A stretch of 63,958 nt of DNA, the filler included, from Lama guanicoe (taxonomy: Eukaryota), in NCBI GenBank assembly GCA_013239625.1. It is 143 parts of 143 records of this genome, joined end to end, with 100 filler letters (N's around TTAATTAATTAA, not from the genome) between each part and the next. Parts side by side here need not be neighbours in the genome. Positions count along the whole stretch, not along the records: positions 24,597 to 24,944 come from PNXV01057463.1; positions 25,045 to 25,392 come from PNXV01057464.1; positions 25,493 to 25,840 come from PNXV01057465.1; positions 25,941 to 26,288 come from PNXV01057466.1; positions 26,389 to 26,736 come from PNXV01057467.1; positions 26,837 to 27,184 come from PNXV01057468.1; positions 27,285 to 27,632 come from PNXV01057469.1; positions 27,733 to 28,080 come from PNXV01057470.1; 135 more parts are not named here. One strand, written 5' to 3'. The position numbers and the translations under genes are program-made. Shown piece after piece: positions 24,497-36,287 of the stretch. Under the pieces are notes generated by a model, which did no database searches, was not told the origin of the DNA, and worked only from the letters and a program-made list of their open reading frames with translations. The stretch's first letter is position 1. Every line of letters begins with the position of its first letter.

Positions 24497-27400
24497 NNNN
24501 NNNNNNNNNNNNNNNNNNNNNNNNNNNNNNNNNNNNNNNNTTAATTAATTAANNNNNNNNNNNNNNNNNNNNNNNNNNNNNNNNNNNNNNNNNNNNTTAG
24601 CTTTTTCAACTTCTGAACCACGAGTGTTTTGTGCCATGACAAAGGGGACCGGGTTTTCCATAAGGTCACTTACATCACTGAAGTTTGAGGTTTCCATGTA
24701 GTGAGAGATAAACATGTGTTCCAATTAATCCTTTGAGTTTAGTTCATTATCATGATGTCAGTCGAGGGGGGCTGATGGGGGATTCTAGGAGGTAAGTGGC
24801 CCAAACGAAAAAATGCACGAGGAGTTACCATACCACCAGGCAGACTTCAGTAGGAGACACCATGGGGTTAGCAACACTTTATTCTATTGCCAAAGGGTGG
24901 TGCGCAAGCCTATGATGCACCTGTCTTGCTTTTTATCTGTTCTCNNNNNNNNNNNNNNNNNNNNNNNNNNNNNNNNNNNNNNNNNNNNTTAATTAATTAA
25001 NNNNNNNNNNNNNNNNNNNNNNNNNNNNNNNNNNNNNNNNNNNNAAAAAAAATTCTTCCGTGTCAGACTCACATTTTGTCCCCAAATTTTTTCACATTTA
25101 ATAGTCGCATTTTGAATGTAAAAGCTAAGAATTTTAAATGCTTCTCAAATAGTTTACATTTATCTTAAGTCTATTTGAAAGCTGCAATGCTAAGAACTAG
25201 AAACACATACTTCAAACTTTTAAAAATAAAATAATCACAAAAATTCACAATTGTGTTCATCTCAAATGTCCACAAATGAGTGCAAAGCACACAAGTCACC
25301 TGCTCAGACACGTCCCAGCAGGTTGAGGGTGTCTGGCTGAGGCCAAGCTGCACTTCCGACGTTTGGCGCTGAATCTACCTGAACACAACTTANNNNNNNN
25401 NNNNNNNNNNNNNNNNNNNNNNNNNNNNNNNNNNNNTTAATTAATTAANNNNNNNNNNNNNNNNNNNNNNNNNNNNNNNNNNNNNNNNNNNNAAATATAG
25501 GTTCTCCAAAATTATACAGGGGCAGATTATTTATAAAATATATTAAATATGAAAATCATAGTTTTATTTAAAATACAAGTAAGGTTTAAGCACTTTGCTT
25601 TCCATTGCTAATGACTTACATGTTCTCTTATATACGTGCCATCGCCTATACAGTGAGGTTTTTACAACCACATGCTTTCCTTTAACTCTTTTTCATTTTA
25701 TACTTAAGAAACCAATGAGAGAAAAAGTAAAGTGGGAGCAGAGTCTATGTAAACTGTTTCTAAATTTAAGCAAGAAGCAACAAGCTTGTAAAAGCACAGC
25801 ACGGTGTGAAAATCTTTTGAATTTCTAGTAGTGTAATATTNNNNNNNNNNNNNNNNNNNNNNNNNNNNNNNNNNNNNNNNNNNNTTAATTAATTAANNNN
25901 NNNNNNNNNNNNNNNNNNNNNNNNNNNNNNNNNNNNNNNNTCATCAGCTATTTATCAGGGGCTGATAGGGACTGAAGAGGGAATTATATCCAGGTACCCC
26001 TAAAGTCACATCACAGGGTCCAACAACAACAAAAAAGGACTCATTCTATATCACTGGAACCTGGAAGTATAAAACACAGTCTTTAGCTGTATTATAAATA
26101 CTAATTTTAAGGCCCTCCAAGGGTTCAAGCCAACAATAGAGAAAGGGGACTTCAATTTCCCCCTACAAAGCCCAAACCTCTTTTTGCAGGATTAAATCAG
26201 GCTAAAGTTACTTCATAAAGTTGTTAGGTCCCTTGAACAGAGGAATAGATAAGAGGTATATATCCTCAAAAGGATTATAGCTGTGCTCNNNNNNNNNNNN
26301 NNNNNNNNNNNNNNNNNNNNNNNNNNNNNNNNTTAATTAATTAANNNNNNNNNNNNNNNNNNNNNNNNNNNNNNNNNNNNNNNNNNNNCCCAAATATTCC
26401 TGAGTCCTTTTAATGATCAAGGAAAGACTACTTACTGTGAAAGGTAAATTAAAAAAAAAATGACGGATCTGATTCCCTACCCCCCAAGATTTTGGATGGG
26501 TTTGTACAGATGTTTGGCCCTGAAGCATGTACATAACATAAAAATTCTTCATTGAGACATAGAATCACAGGCATGTTGATTTTGTCACTGATGCCTTCTA
26601 GGTGGTCGTGGACGTGGGCGTTGTCTCGGGCCGGACTGTGTGGGCTGGATGGCATCTGGATCAGACTGTCTGTCTCCCTATCACTGCTCTCTTCCCCTAT
26701 AACCCAGGAATCCTCCTTGCAGGCAGCCTCCTCTTTNNNNNNNNNNNNNNNNNNNNNNNNNNNNNNNNNNNNNNNNNNNNTTAATTAATTAANNNNNNNN
26801 NNNNNNNNNNNNNNNNNNNNNNNNNNNNNNNNNNNNTGTTTCTGATGACATGACATGCCAGCACTCACTCTGTCCTCATTCTTCCCAAGCCTATTGTATA
26901 ATACTACATGCTAAATATTTAGTATCTTAATAACCAGGCTTACTGTCAGTCCTGGAGGATTCAGGGTCAGGCTGACAGGACTGGCTCACTTATTTTTAAA
27001 ATCCTACCAAAACCTCCCTGCTGTTACTGAGGGACTGACTAGGCAGAAGGCCTCCATGTTTTTGAGATGAGTTAAATCAAAGGTTATTCAATTTTGACTG
27101 ATTTACTCCCCATGCAGACATGTATTTGTGTAAATTTCATATGAGACTTTAAAGTAATTATCAAGAGGAATGAAATTTATTAATNNNNNNNNNNNNNNNN
27201 NNNNNNNNNNNNNNNNNNNNNNNNNNNNTTAATTAATTAANNNNNNNNNNNNNNNNNNNNNNNNNNNNNNNNNNNNNNNNNNNNTGGGTCCTTGTAATTT
27301 CTCCGCATCCCAAGTAAACTCTCGGTTCCAAACTTCCCAAGAATATCAGTTACTAAGGTCTCGTCCTCACTCCCAAACCTCCCTCTGCTGTGTGATGCTG

Positions 27401-28630
27401 ATGCTGGGACCTGCAGATTAAACCTCTGCTTTGCCACAGGATGCTCAATCTTTGTCAACAGGGGGAGGGTGGGGGGAGAGAGAGAGAGAGAGGGAACAGA
27501 GGAGAGAGCTGGTCCTGTTTACATCTCTCCCCTCCGTCGCCTGAATAATGACCCTTCCCGTCCGCACCTGAGTCCAGTCTCCAGCCTCTTCCCGGCACTC
27601 CCAGAACCAGCCGCCTGGCACCCCCAGAAGGGNNNNNNNNNNNNNNNNNNNNNNNNNNNNNNNNNNNNNNNNNNNNTTAATTAATTAANNNNNNNNNNNN
27701 NNNNNNNNNNNNNNNNNNNNNNNNNNNNNNNNAACGTTACCTCCATTTGGGGGACAAAACCCAAAGAAAGACGTCATAATTGTGTCATTATGGTGTTGCC
27801 ACCTAGAGCAGAAAGCTCACACCTGTGCACCCGGAAGACAAATCCCACACGGGGAAACTCAGACGCATGTGAACAGGGAAGACACAGCCGATGGTAGGAT
27901 TTCGGATACCAGCATGATCATTAAGGGCAATAAATTTGCTTTTGAATAAGGCCAGCTGCGCCCCCACGCGTGATGCCATTTGGTTCACATCAAAACAAAA
28001 CAAACAAGCGAAACTAGAAAGAACAACCCTAGATTTTAGCATCAAGCCAACTTGTATATGAGTCCTGGATTCAATACTTGNNNNNNNNNNNNNNNNNNNN
28101 NNNNNNNNNNNNNNNNNNNNNNNNTTAATTAATTAANNNNNNNNNNNNNNNNNNNNNNNNNNNNNNNNNNNNNNNNNNNNGGGGAAAGCCATGCTAAATT
28201 CCTTCTAAAGGCTTGTTTGTTGTCTTTTGCCTATTTGTTCTTATGTACACATTTAAATTCTGGTCATTTGAGGCTATGCTGTATTTTCTACTAAATGGCC
28301 CTCATCTATTGGATTTTTTTTCTTATAATGTCACAAAGATCATCTTTCTATTTTAGTTGGTGAGTAGGATTAGTTTGCGATGACGTATGTTATCAATGAT
28401 CAACTTCATTAGTGTTGTCGCTTTGCCAATAATGGATGCTTGGTTTAATATTTTTTAATATTATATATATTGAAACCAATAGCTAAGTGTTATCAATCAC
28501 TTCTTTACCATGATTTGTAAACTATACTNNNNNNNNNNNNNNNNNNNNNNNNNNNNNNNNNNNNNNNNNNNNTTAATTAATTAANNNNNNNNNNNNNNNN
28601 NNNNNNNNNNNNNNNNNNNNNNNNNNNNCG

Positions 28631-28804
28631 GGCGGCCTAGAGAACGGGAAGCCGGGAGCTGACGTGGTGGACCTCACGCTGGACAGCTCGTCGTCCTCAG
28701 AGGAAGAGGAGGAGGAAGAGGAAGATGAAGAAGACGAGGATGAGGAAGGCCCCCGGCCCAAGCGCCGCTGCCCCTTCCAGAAGGGCCTGGTGCCGGCCTG
28801 CTGA
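28631..28804 (+). CDS. PIAS4: PIAS4 terminal coding segment with stop, followed by 3' UTR to 28976
   Basis: [57 protein letters not shown] contains the SIM (VVDLT), an acidic tract and an NLS. TGA at 28802-28804. The frame is absent from the ORF track because it has no start codon. Confidence 0.93.
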
Positions 28805-29076
28805 CCGCCCGCCGCCGCCGACCGGACGCGCGACTTCCCTGGTGCTCACCACGCAGAGGGCGCAGGCGGGCCTCGGGCGCAGAGGGAGGGGTGGGTTTTT
28901 TTTTTTCTTTTTATTGTTGTTCATTTTGTTTTTCCAACCCTTTCCCTGGCTCCTGGCACCTGTACCTCTGGACTCTNNNNNNNNNNNNNNNNNNNNNNNN
29001 NNNNNNNNNNNNNNNNNNNNTTAATTAATTAANNNNNNNNNNNNNNNNNNNNNNNNNNNNNNNNNNNNNNNNNNNN

Positions 29077-29424
29077 GTGTTATGTTTGGATTCCTTTTCC
29101 TTTTGTGTGTGTATATCTATTATAGATGTTTGGTTTGCAGTTACCGTAAAGTTTTAGGATAACTTTCTTTATATATACATGATTGCTTTAAGCTGCTGAT
29201 CTTATTTTCAAACACATTTTGAGTATCCTGCACTCGCACTCTCCTCTCATGATTACTGTTTTTGCGCTCACGTTTTGTATCTGTTTTGTGTTTCTCTTAA
29301 CTGTTTATTATGAAAGCTAGTGACTTCACTGCTAATGTCTTTTACCCTTCCTACTAGTGTGTGAGAATGACTTCCTGCCTTTCCTGTATGTTTGCCTTTA
29401 CCAGTGAGCTTTTCCATTTTGTAA
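29077..29424 (-). mobile_element. Old LINE-1 fragment (ORF1/inter-ORF region)
   Basis: tgtatatctattatagatgtttggtttgcagttacc...tgtatgtttgcctttaccagtgagcttttccatttt. Confidence 0.65.
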
Positions 29425-29972
29425 NNNNNNNNNNNNNNNNNNNNNNNNNNNNNNNNNNNNNNNNNNNNTTAATTAATTAANNNNNNNNNNNNNNNNNNNN
29501 NNNNNNNNNNNNNNNNNNNNNNNNTACCCCCTCCACCAAATAATAAGTCCTAAGGCTTGATTAATTACCTGAGGGTGGATAAATATACTTGGTCACAGGT
29601 TTTAGTCATTATCTCCCACTCTTCCGTGGCCTTTTGTGTTTTAATTCAAAGACAGTTGAAGGTATAGAGAGAATGGACTGGCTGGACAGACAGGAAAGTT
29701 GCCTGGTAAAAGAATTGGCCTTTCCTGCTCCTGATCTCAGCTTTGGTGCCACCCAGGAGACTCTCTGCTGGTCTCTGCTCAGCTGTTCTCCTGCCTCAGG
29801 CTTTTCTATTTTAGGGGGATTAAAATATTGGGGGTCCATCACTGTCTTTCCCACCAGCAAGCAGGAGTGCTGNNNNNNNNNNNNNNNNNNNNNNNNNNNN
29901 NNNNNNNNNNNNNNNNTTAATTAATTAANNNNNNNNNNNNNNNNNNNNNNNNNNNNNNNNNNNNNNNNNNNN

Positions 29973-30320
29973 GCACTGAGGCCAGAGCGCTGGGCTCTGG
30001 CTGTCACTCAGCCACAGCCTCAGCGTAGAGCAGCATGGTGGCCACCTTGCAGCGGGGTAGCAGGTAGCTATGCACTTCTTGTCGGCGTGGTTGGGGATGA
30101 TGGAGCGGATGGGCAGTTGCCCTTGCGCAGGTGGCACTGCGTGAGGCCCGTGATGTCCAGGTTGATGGCCATCTAGATGTACGAACAGCTCGTGCACCTG
30201 GCAGTTGAGCAGCAGCAGGGACACACTTCCAAGTGCCTCCAGCTCCTCCTGCAGCCACTCAGCACTTTTGTAGGACCTGGACCCAGCACTGGGCTCAGGA
30301 TCCTTCCCCAGTGTCCCCAG
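29973..30320 (-). pseudogene. DUSP7: DUSP7 pseudogene fragment (rhodanese/KIM domain)
   Basis: Minus-strand pieces [70 protein letters not shown] match DUSP7. Several frameshifts and W>TGA at 30004-30006. Confidence 0.88.
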
Positions 30321-30420
30321 NNNNNNNNNNNNNNNNNNNNNNNNNNNNNNNNNNNNNNNNNNNNTTAATTAATTAANNNNNNNNNNNNNNNNNNNNNNNN
30401 NNNNNNNNNNNNNNNNNNNN

Positions 30421-30768
30421 AGGCAGTAGCTTGAAAGGATCCTGGGTCATACCCACTCACTAATCTTGGCGAGCCTTGTGGAGGGGCAAGAGGCAACTGG
30501 GTCTCTCTCTGGGAATGGAGACACTGGCAGCATCCATTTTGGGGAGTTTATTCTACTATGATAACCCTGACACTGGTAAGCGGTATTTTGGAATGTTTCC
30601 TCTAGCCTATTAGTGATGAGGATCCAGCCTCACCCTCCAACAGGCCAGCACCACCCCAAAGAACCCCAGGCCACACAGACAGCTGCATGGTGATGCAGCC
30701 CAACCCTCTGGTAGACCTATGGCCGCTGCACAAGGCATAGGCTCACAGCCATCCAGGCCAGGGGCTAG
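30421..30768 (+). mobile_element. Probable old LINE-1 5' region fragment
   Basis: gacactggcagcatccattttggggagtttattctact...gacactggtaagcggtattttggaatg...ctctagcctattagtg resembles L1M 5' ends. Confidence 0.5.
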
Positions 30769-33108
30769 NNNNNNNNNNNNNNNNNNNNNNNNNNNNNNNN
30801 NNNNNNNNNNNNTTAATTAATTAANNNNNNNNNNNNNNNNNNNNNNNNNNNNNNNNNNNNNNNNNNNNGCAGTAAGTTTCAGAGGAAAATATATAAAGAT
30901 TTCCATGCATCAGAAGCTTCCTAATTTTAAACAAAACACGAGAGGATTTTATCTGTTTACAAATCCGACAAGGGGCTAATTCCTTTAATACATAGAGAAT
31001 TTAGATCACTGCAAATGTAACATCAAAAAATCTCAGGAAAATAGAAAGCAGATAAGATGAACACACATTTACAAAGGAAAAAATAGATGTCACAGTCAAA
31101 TGGTAATTCAGTCAATGCACATCAGAATGAAAGAGTTTTCCACCTCTCAACTGACACAGCTCTCTTAATGAGGATGAAGTGCCAGTGATCACCAATCCCA
31201 TGCCTAGGTTACTGGANNNNNNNNNNNNNNNNNNNNNNNNNNNNNNNNNNNNNNNNNNNNTTAATTAATTAANNNNNNNNNNNNNNNNNNNNNNNNNNNN
31301 NNNNNNNNNNNNNNNNCACAGAACACATCCACCTTCTGGAACCTGCTCTGGAAGGCCAGATCCTCAGATGCCGCACAGTTGAAAATCTGGCCAAGTCTGG
31401 GGTTCTCTTCATACTTGGGGCTCAGAGCTCTGGGTTCAAGAAAAATGGCATAGTGGAAGGAGTCAGAGTCAGAGTCAGAGGCCCCCTTGGGGACCTTTGG
31501 AACCTTTGGTACATTTGTCACACCAGAGTATATTTCCTAGTGTTCAGACCTAGCTTCACTGAGGGGCAGTTCAGGGAATCAGGGCCTCAGGACAAGACTC
31601 TCAGCTGCCTTATTCCCCTCCTCTTTCCCTGGTGACCCCACTACTTCTTCCCAGGTTTCTATATNNNNNNNNNNNNNNNNNNNNNNNNNNNNNNNNNNNN
31701 NNNNNNNNTTAATTAATTAANNNNNNNNNNNNNNNNNNNNNNNNNNNNNNNNNNNNNNNNNNNNTTTTTTATGAACCAATGGACAATCTCCCTAGAAAAC
31801 AAAGATAGGAGGATTTATCTAAATGAATGACTCAACCCACCCATTCTTTTGTAAGACTGTAAAATAGTGGAGTTCTTTCTCATTCTTCTTTTTCCAATTT
31901 CGGCCACTGCACCCTAACACCTTATTAGCTCAAATGTTGTGGAGATTCAAAACAGTGAAAATTGTCTTGAGATTAAAACTGACATTAAGTTGCACCTTTT
32001 TTGTTTTATGCATATTATACATTATGATGAAGCCATTGGTGGTAGATTATGATGAGGATAATCAGTGAATTGTATTGTTTTTAATGTTTCATTTATCTAC
32101 ATCCTACTTCTANNNNNNNNNNNNNNNNNNNNNNNNNNNNNNNNNNNNNNNNNNNNTTAATTAATTAANNNNNNNNNNNNNNNNNNNNNNNNNNNNNNNN
32201 NNNNNNNNNNNNTAATTGTACAATATTCACATATAATTAAAATTTTAGTGGAAAAATGAGTCTTTCAATAAAACTACTCGATATGTAAACCATACAGTTT
32301 CAAGACAGGTGATCTCAAGATAATGTCTGTTTTTAAGATATTTCAAATATACAACACTCACTGATATCTTTCACACACCAATTCTGCTCTATCCAGTTCC
32401 TCAATGATTCCTGAAAAAGTGCTGGCAAAACTTCTGCAGCCTCAGTGCTATGACGGAAACACCACTGCCATAATAACACATCTCTCTCATCTGTAAGTTC
32501 AGCTCAGACCTGTATTAGGACTGGCCCCTGATGTCAATGGAGGAGGAATAAATGAGGGGANNNNNNNNNNNNNNNNNNNNNNNNNNNNNNNNNNNNNNNN
32601 NNNNTTAATTAATTAANNNNNNNNNNNNNNNNNNNNNNNNNNNNNNNNNNNNNNNNNNNNTAAAATGAGTTTTTACAAAAGTTCTTGATGAATGAAAATG
32701 TCTATGATACAAGTTTTAAAATGTTTACAAAACAGTTTACCCAGGCAGATTTCCATAGTGAAAAACACACATAAAAGAACATGGAAACATGACAAATGCC
32801 TGTAACTGCCTGCAGAAAACAAGATCAATAGTGACTTGCTCTGCTTGTTCATGCTCTTCTGTACTTACCAAATACGTGACAATGAGCATGCATTTTGCGT
32901 AATTTTTTAAATCATGAAAAATAATTAAATTCTATTATAATGACAGAATCAACTTCCACAAGGACGTTTGGTGTGCAAGTTCTCAGAAAGAAACACCTGT
33001 TTAATTTGNNNNNNNNNNNNNNNNNNNNNNNNNNNNNNNNNNNNNNNNNNNNTTAATTAATTAANNNNNNNNNNNNNNNNNNNNNNNNNNNNNNNNNNNN
33101 NNNNNNNN

Positions 33109-33216
33109 CGGAAAGGCTTTCGGCTTTTCACTGAAGAGTATCATGCTGGCTGTAGGTGTGTCATAAATAGCTTTCATTATGTTGAGATATTTTCCGTCTC
33201 TACCCGCTTTGGTAAG
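33109..33216 (-). mobile_element. LINE-1 ORF2 fragment
   Basis: ggaaaggctttcggcttttcactgaagagtatcatgctggctgtagg...attatgttgagatat. Confidence 0.85.
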
Positions 33217-33819
33217 TCCGTGGGCTCGGTTTGGTCAGGGGGCTTGGGAGGAAGGTAGCAGAGGTAGCCGTTGTGGGAGGAAGGGGGCTGCCCCTCGGGA
33301 GCCAGTCGTTTGCTCCCATCTCCCCCGTGGCCTGACCTGGGGGTGTCCTCTGCCGCTCCAGGTTCACCGCACCCACGTTTTTAGGTCAGTGTGCTCCCAG
33401 GAGGCTTGCATGGTGCGGTCAGGGGGCAGGGGCAGCGGTGGCGGGAGTGGGGCTGCNNNNNNNNNNNNNNNNNNNNNNNNNNNNNNNNNNNNNNNNNNNN
33501 TTAATTAATTAANNNNNNNNNNNNNNNNNNNNNNNNNNNNNNNNNNNNNNNNNNNNCCTTCCCTCCTCATACAGTGAGCGGTAGTGAAAGAGTTCAGATC
33601 ACTGCAATTGGTAAGAATACAGTGTATCACCATCATTACTGATTTATTTGTATGTAATAATTATATTTTTTCATCAATATATAGGTATATTTTCTTAGTT
33701 AGTCCTAATGAGAAAAAGTTACAAAAAGGTTTTTGTAGGTGCCCAGTGCTGATGACAGTAGCAAGGCTGCAAGACGTGTGTCCTGGACCAGTTCTTGTCA
33801 ATCATCAGTGTGTGCCTGA

Positions 33820-33904
33820 AGCACCTGGGGAGCTTGGGTGAAGACAGATCCTGGTTTAGGAGGCCTGGGGTGGGGCCTCAGATTATGCACGTCTCACAAG
33901 CTCC
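33820..33904. mobile_element. MER5A-like hAT-Charlie MITE fragment
   Basis: cacctggggagctt...ggcctggggtggggcctcagattatgcacgtctcacaagctcc. Confidence 0.7.
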
Positions 33905-34609
33905 NNNNNNNNNNNNNNNNNNNNNNNNNNNNNNNNNNNNNNNNNNNNTTAATTAATTAANNNNNNNNNNNNNNNNNNNNNNNNNNNNNNNNNNNNNNNN
34001 NNNNTGAGAATGTGGTGTCGTTGCTGCACAACGGCAGAACAGAGACTTCTGAAAATCGGCTCTTCCACATAGCAGTGAGAACACTGGCAAACATGCTCAG
34101 AAGCAACATTTTCAAAACTCTGGAAATTAACCAAAGTTTTGCAACAATCCGAGGAGTCTTTATTCAGGAAAAATGCCTGAGTCTCATTAGAAACAGTGCA
34201 CTTTGTGCATTTAAACTTGTCTTATTCCTGTCAGTCTCTCATATATGTATATATATGATCTTAGCCATGTGCTTGGTACACAGACATCACTTAATAAATA
34301 TTAGCTTATCACTAATGCATCGTTTTACCCTTCCTTTGATAGTTCTGCTCCANNNNNNNNNNNNNNNNNNNNNNNNNNNNNNNNNNNNNNNNNNNNTTAA
34401 TTAATTAANNNNNNNNNNNNNNNNNNNNNNNNNNNNNNNNNNNNNNNNNNNNAATTGGAAATAAGGGGTTCAGAGAACAAAAGTTTAGAAATAAATTAAA
34501 TGCAAGAGAGTATGAGCTTAGATCAGTGGTGGTGATGGCCAAGTATAAGACGTAACTTCTGTCCACTGTGAACTGACATCCAAAATTAATACGTCGCTTT
34601 GCTGAAAAT

Positions 34610-34735
34610 TCTTTTTCTCTCTTTCTCTCTCCGCCACTCCCCTCCTTTCTTTCTTCCTTTTTCCTTTCTTTTTCCCTTTTTTTCTTCCTTCCTTCCTTCC
34701 TTCCTTTCTCCCTCCCTTCCTTCCTTCTTTCCTCC
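34610..34735 (+). repeat. Pyrimidine-rich (TTCC/TTTC)n low-complexity tract
   Basis: tttcttccttccttccttccttcctttctccctcccttccttcc directly visible. Confidence 0.9.
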
Positions 34736-35348
34736 TGGACCATACTATCACCCCACTGCTATTCTGTCTCTCGTGGTGACTTCATATTGTTTGCTCGTTG
34801 NNNNNNNNNNNNNNNNNNNNNNNNNNNNNNNNNNNNNNNNNNNNTTAATTAATTAANNNNNNNNNNNNNNNNNNNNNNNNNNNNNNNNNNNNNNNNNNNN
34901 GAGGCCCCTCCTTTAAAATGCAGGTATTTATTTCCCTTTCCAGGTCAGCTGCTTTATTTAGGGCCTCTATTTTGGTGTCCTGTCTGTCAGTGATTCATTA
35001 GGTATCTCGTGCAGTTTGCTCTTGCTCTGGGCCCCGCGGGCCTTGCAGTCACTCTGTGTTCCCCAGAGTTAATTGATGACTATTTTATTTGGGGTATACA
35101 GTGACCCCCACTCTGCGTGTCCTGCCTACCCTGGATGGCTCTCTAAACCCCTAGAAGCAGTGTCCCGAGAGGAGAGAGACCTTCCCAACGTGTAGGGTGC
35201 TTCCTACCTGGCTTTCTAGGCCATTCCTCAGAAAGCCAGTTTAGGCCANNNNNNNNNNNNNNNNNNNNNNNNNNNNNNNNNNNNNNNNNNNNTTAATTAA
35301 TTAANNNNNNNNNNNNNNNNNNNNNNNNNNNNNNNNNNNNNNNNNNNN

Positions 35349-35466
35349 TCCCTCAGCTTGCTCTTGGATTCTTTCCTGTTTGAAGCTAAGGACCATCGCT
35401 TGGCGGCGCACCCCAGAGACTTGGACGAGTGTTTCTTGGGCTGTGATATTTCCCTCTCCTGCATCA
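35349..35466 (+). mobile_element. ERV1-type LTR 3' end (U5)
   Basis: cttgctcttggattctttcctgtttgaagctaaggacc... ending ccctctcctgcatca, with the terminal CA typical of ERV1 LTRs. Confidence 0.55.
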
Positions 35467-36244
35467 ATTCCCTTTGAGACTGGAAGCATTGCAAGGGTAT
35501 GGGGTGTCTAGCCTTGGGGCCTCATACAGTGCCAGATAGGCGTGGGGGCTTAATATATCGCTTCTGAGTAAGTGGCATCTGTGTCATCGAAACCTAGTCA
35601 CTCATTGCTTTGAGACATCGTGTGGGCTAGTCCAAGAGCTAAAAGAGATAATGTACATCGAGTGTATAGCTCCAAAAATTACACGCTTTAATAAATNNNN
35701 NNNNNNNNNNNNNNNNNNNNNNNNNNNNNNNNNNNNNNNNTTAATTAATTAANNNNNNNNNNNNNNNNNNNNNNNNNNNNNNNNNNNNNNNNNNNNACTC
35801 ATTAGTGATTCTTTAGGGTCATGAAAAGTGAATTCTCTATAATCAAATGAGAATTCCAGGAGAAGGGGCTATTGAAATTGTCCCTTTGACTCCATGATTA
35901 ATACACAAATCTCCTTCAAATCCTGTATCAAGGGCTGTGTATCCCATATCTGGAGGCTCACTTCTATCCTCAAATCTAGACCCAATCTAACTCTTAGCAG
36001 GAGAAACTTTATTTCTCAGTAACAAAACAGTCTTGGCACAAGATTGAACAATTAAGAGCCTGGGGAGAACCATCAGAACAAAAAAACACAGTATATTAAG
36101 ATGCAAAAATATGGAAATATATATCATGTTTGTGGATTGGAAAANNNNNNNNNNNNNNNNNNNNNNNNNNNNNNNNNNNNNNNNNNNNTTAATTAATTAA
36201 NNNNNNNNNNNNNNNNNNNNNNNNNNNNNNNNNNNNNNNNNNNN

Positions 36245-36287
36245 GTCTGAGCGGGATGTGGGCAGCAAGGTCAAGTACGAGGTCACG
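36245..36287 (+). CDS. ITGA7: ITGA7 coding exon 3' end with splice donor
   Basis: g TCT GAG CGG GAT GTG GGC AGC AAG GTC AAG TAC GAG GTC ACG|gtgagt encodes SERDVGSKVKYEVT, matching recalled integrin alpha-7 (…AMQSERDVGSKVKYEVTVSNQG…). Confidence 0.85.

Noticed and set aside
26552..26736. Possible exon after ttctag with two open frames
   Set aside because: No recognisable protein in any frame and no donor within the contig.
28573..28924. Poly-Ser and other ORFs overlapping the acidic repeat
   Set aside because: They are antisense or alternative frames of the PIAS4 terminal exon.
34405..34856. Lys/Glu/Arg-rich and Phe/Ser-rich ORFs
   Set aside because: They are translations of a (TTCC)n microsatellite.
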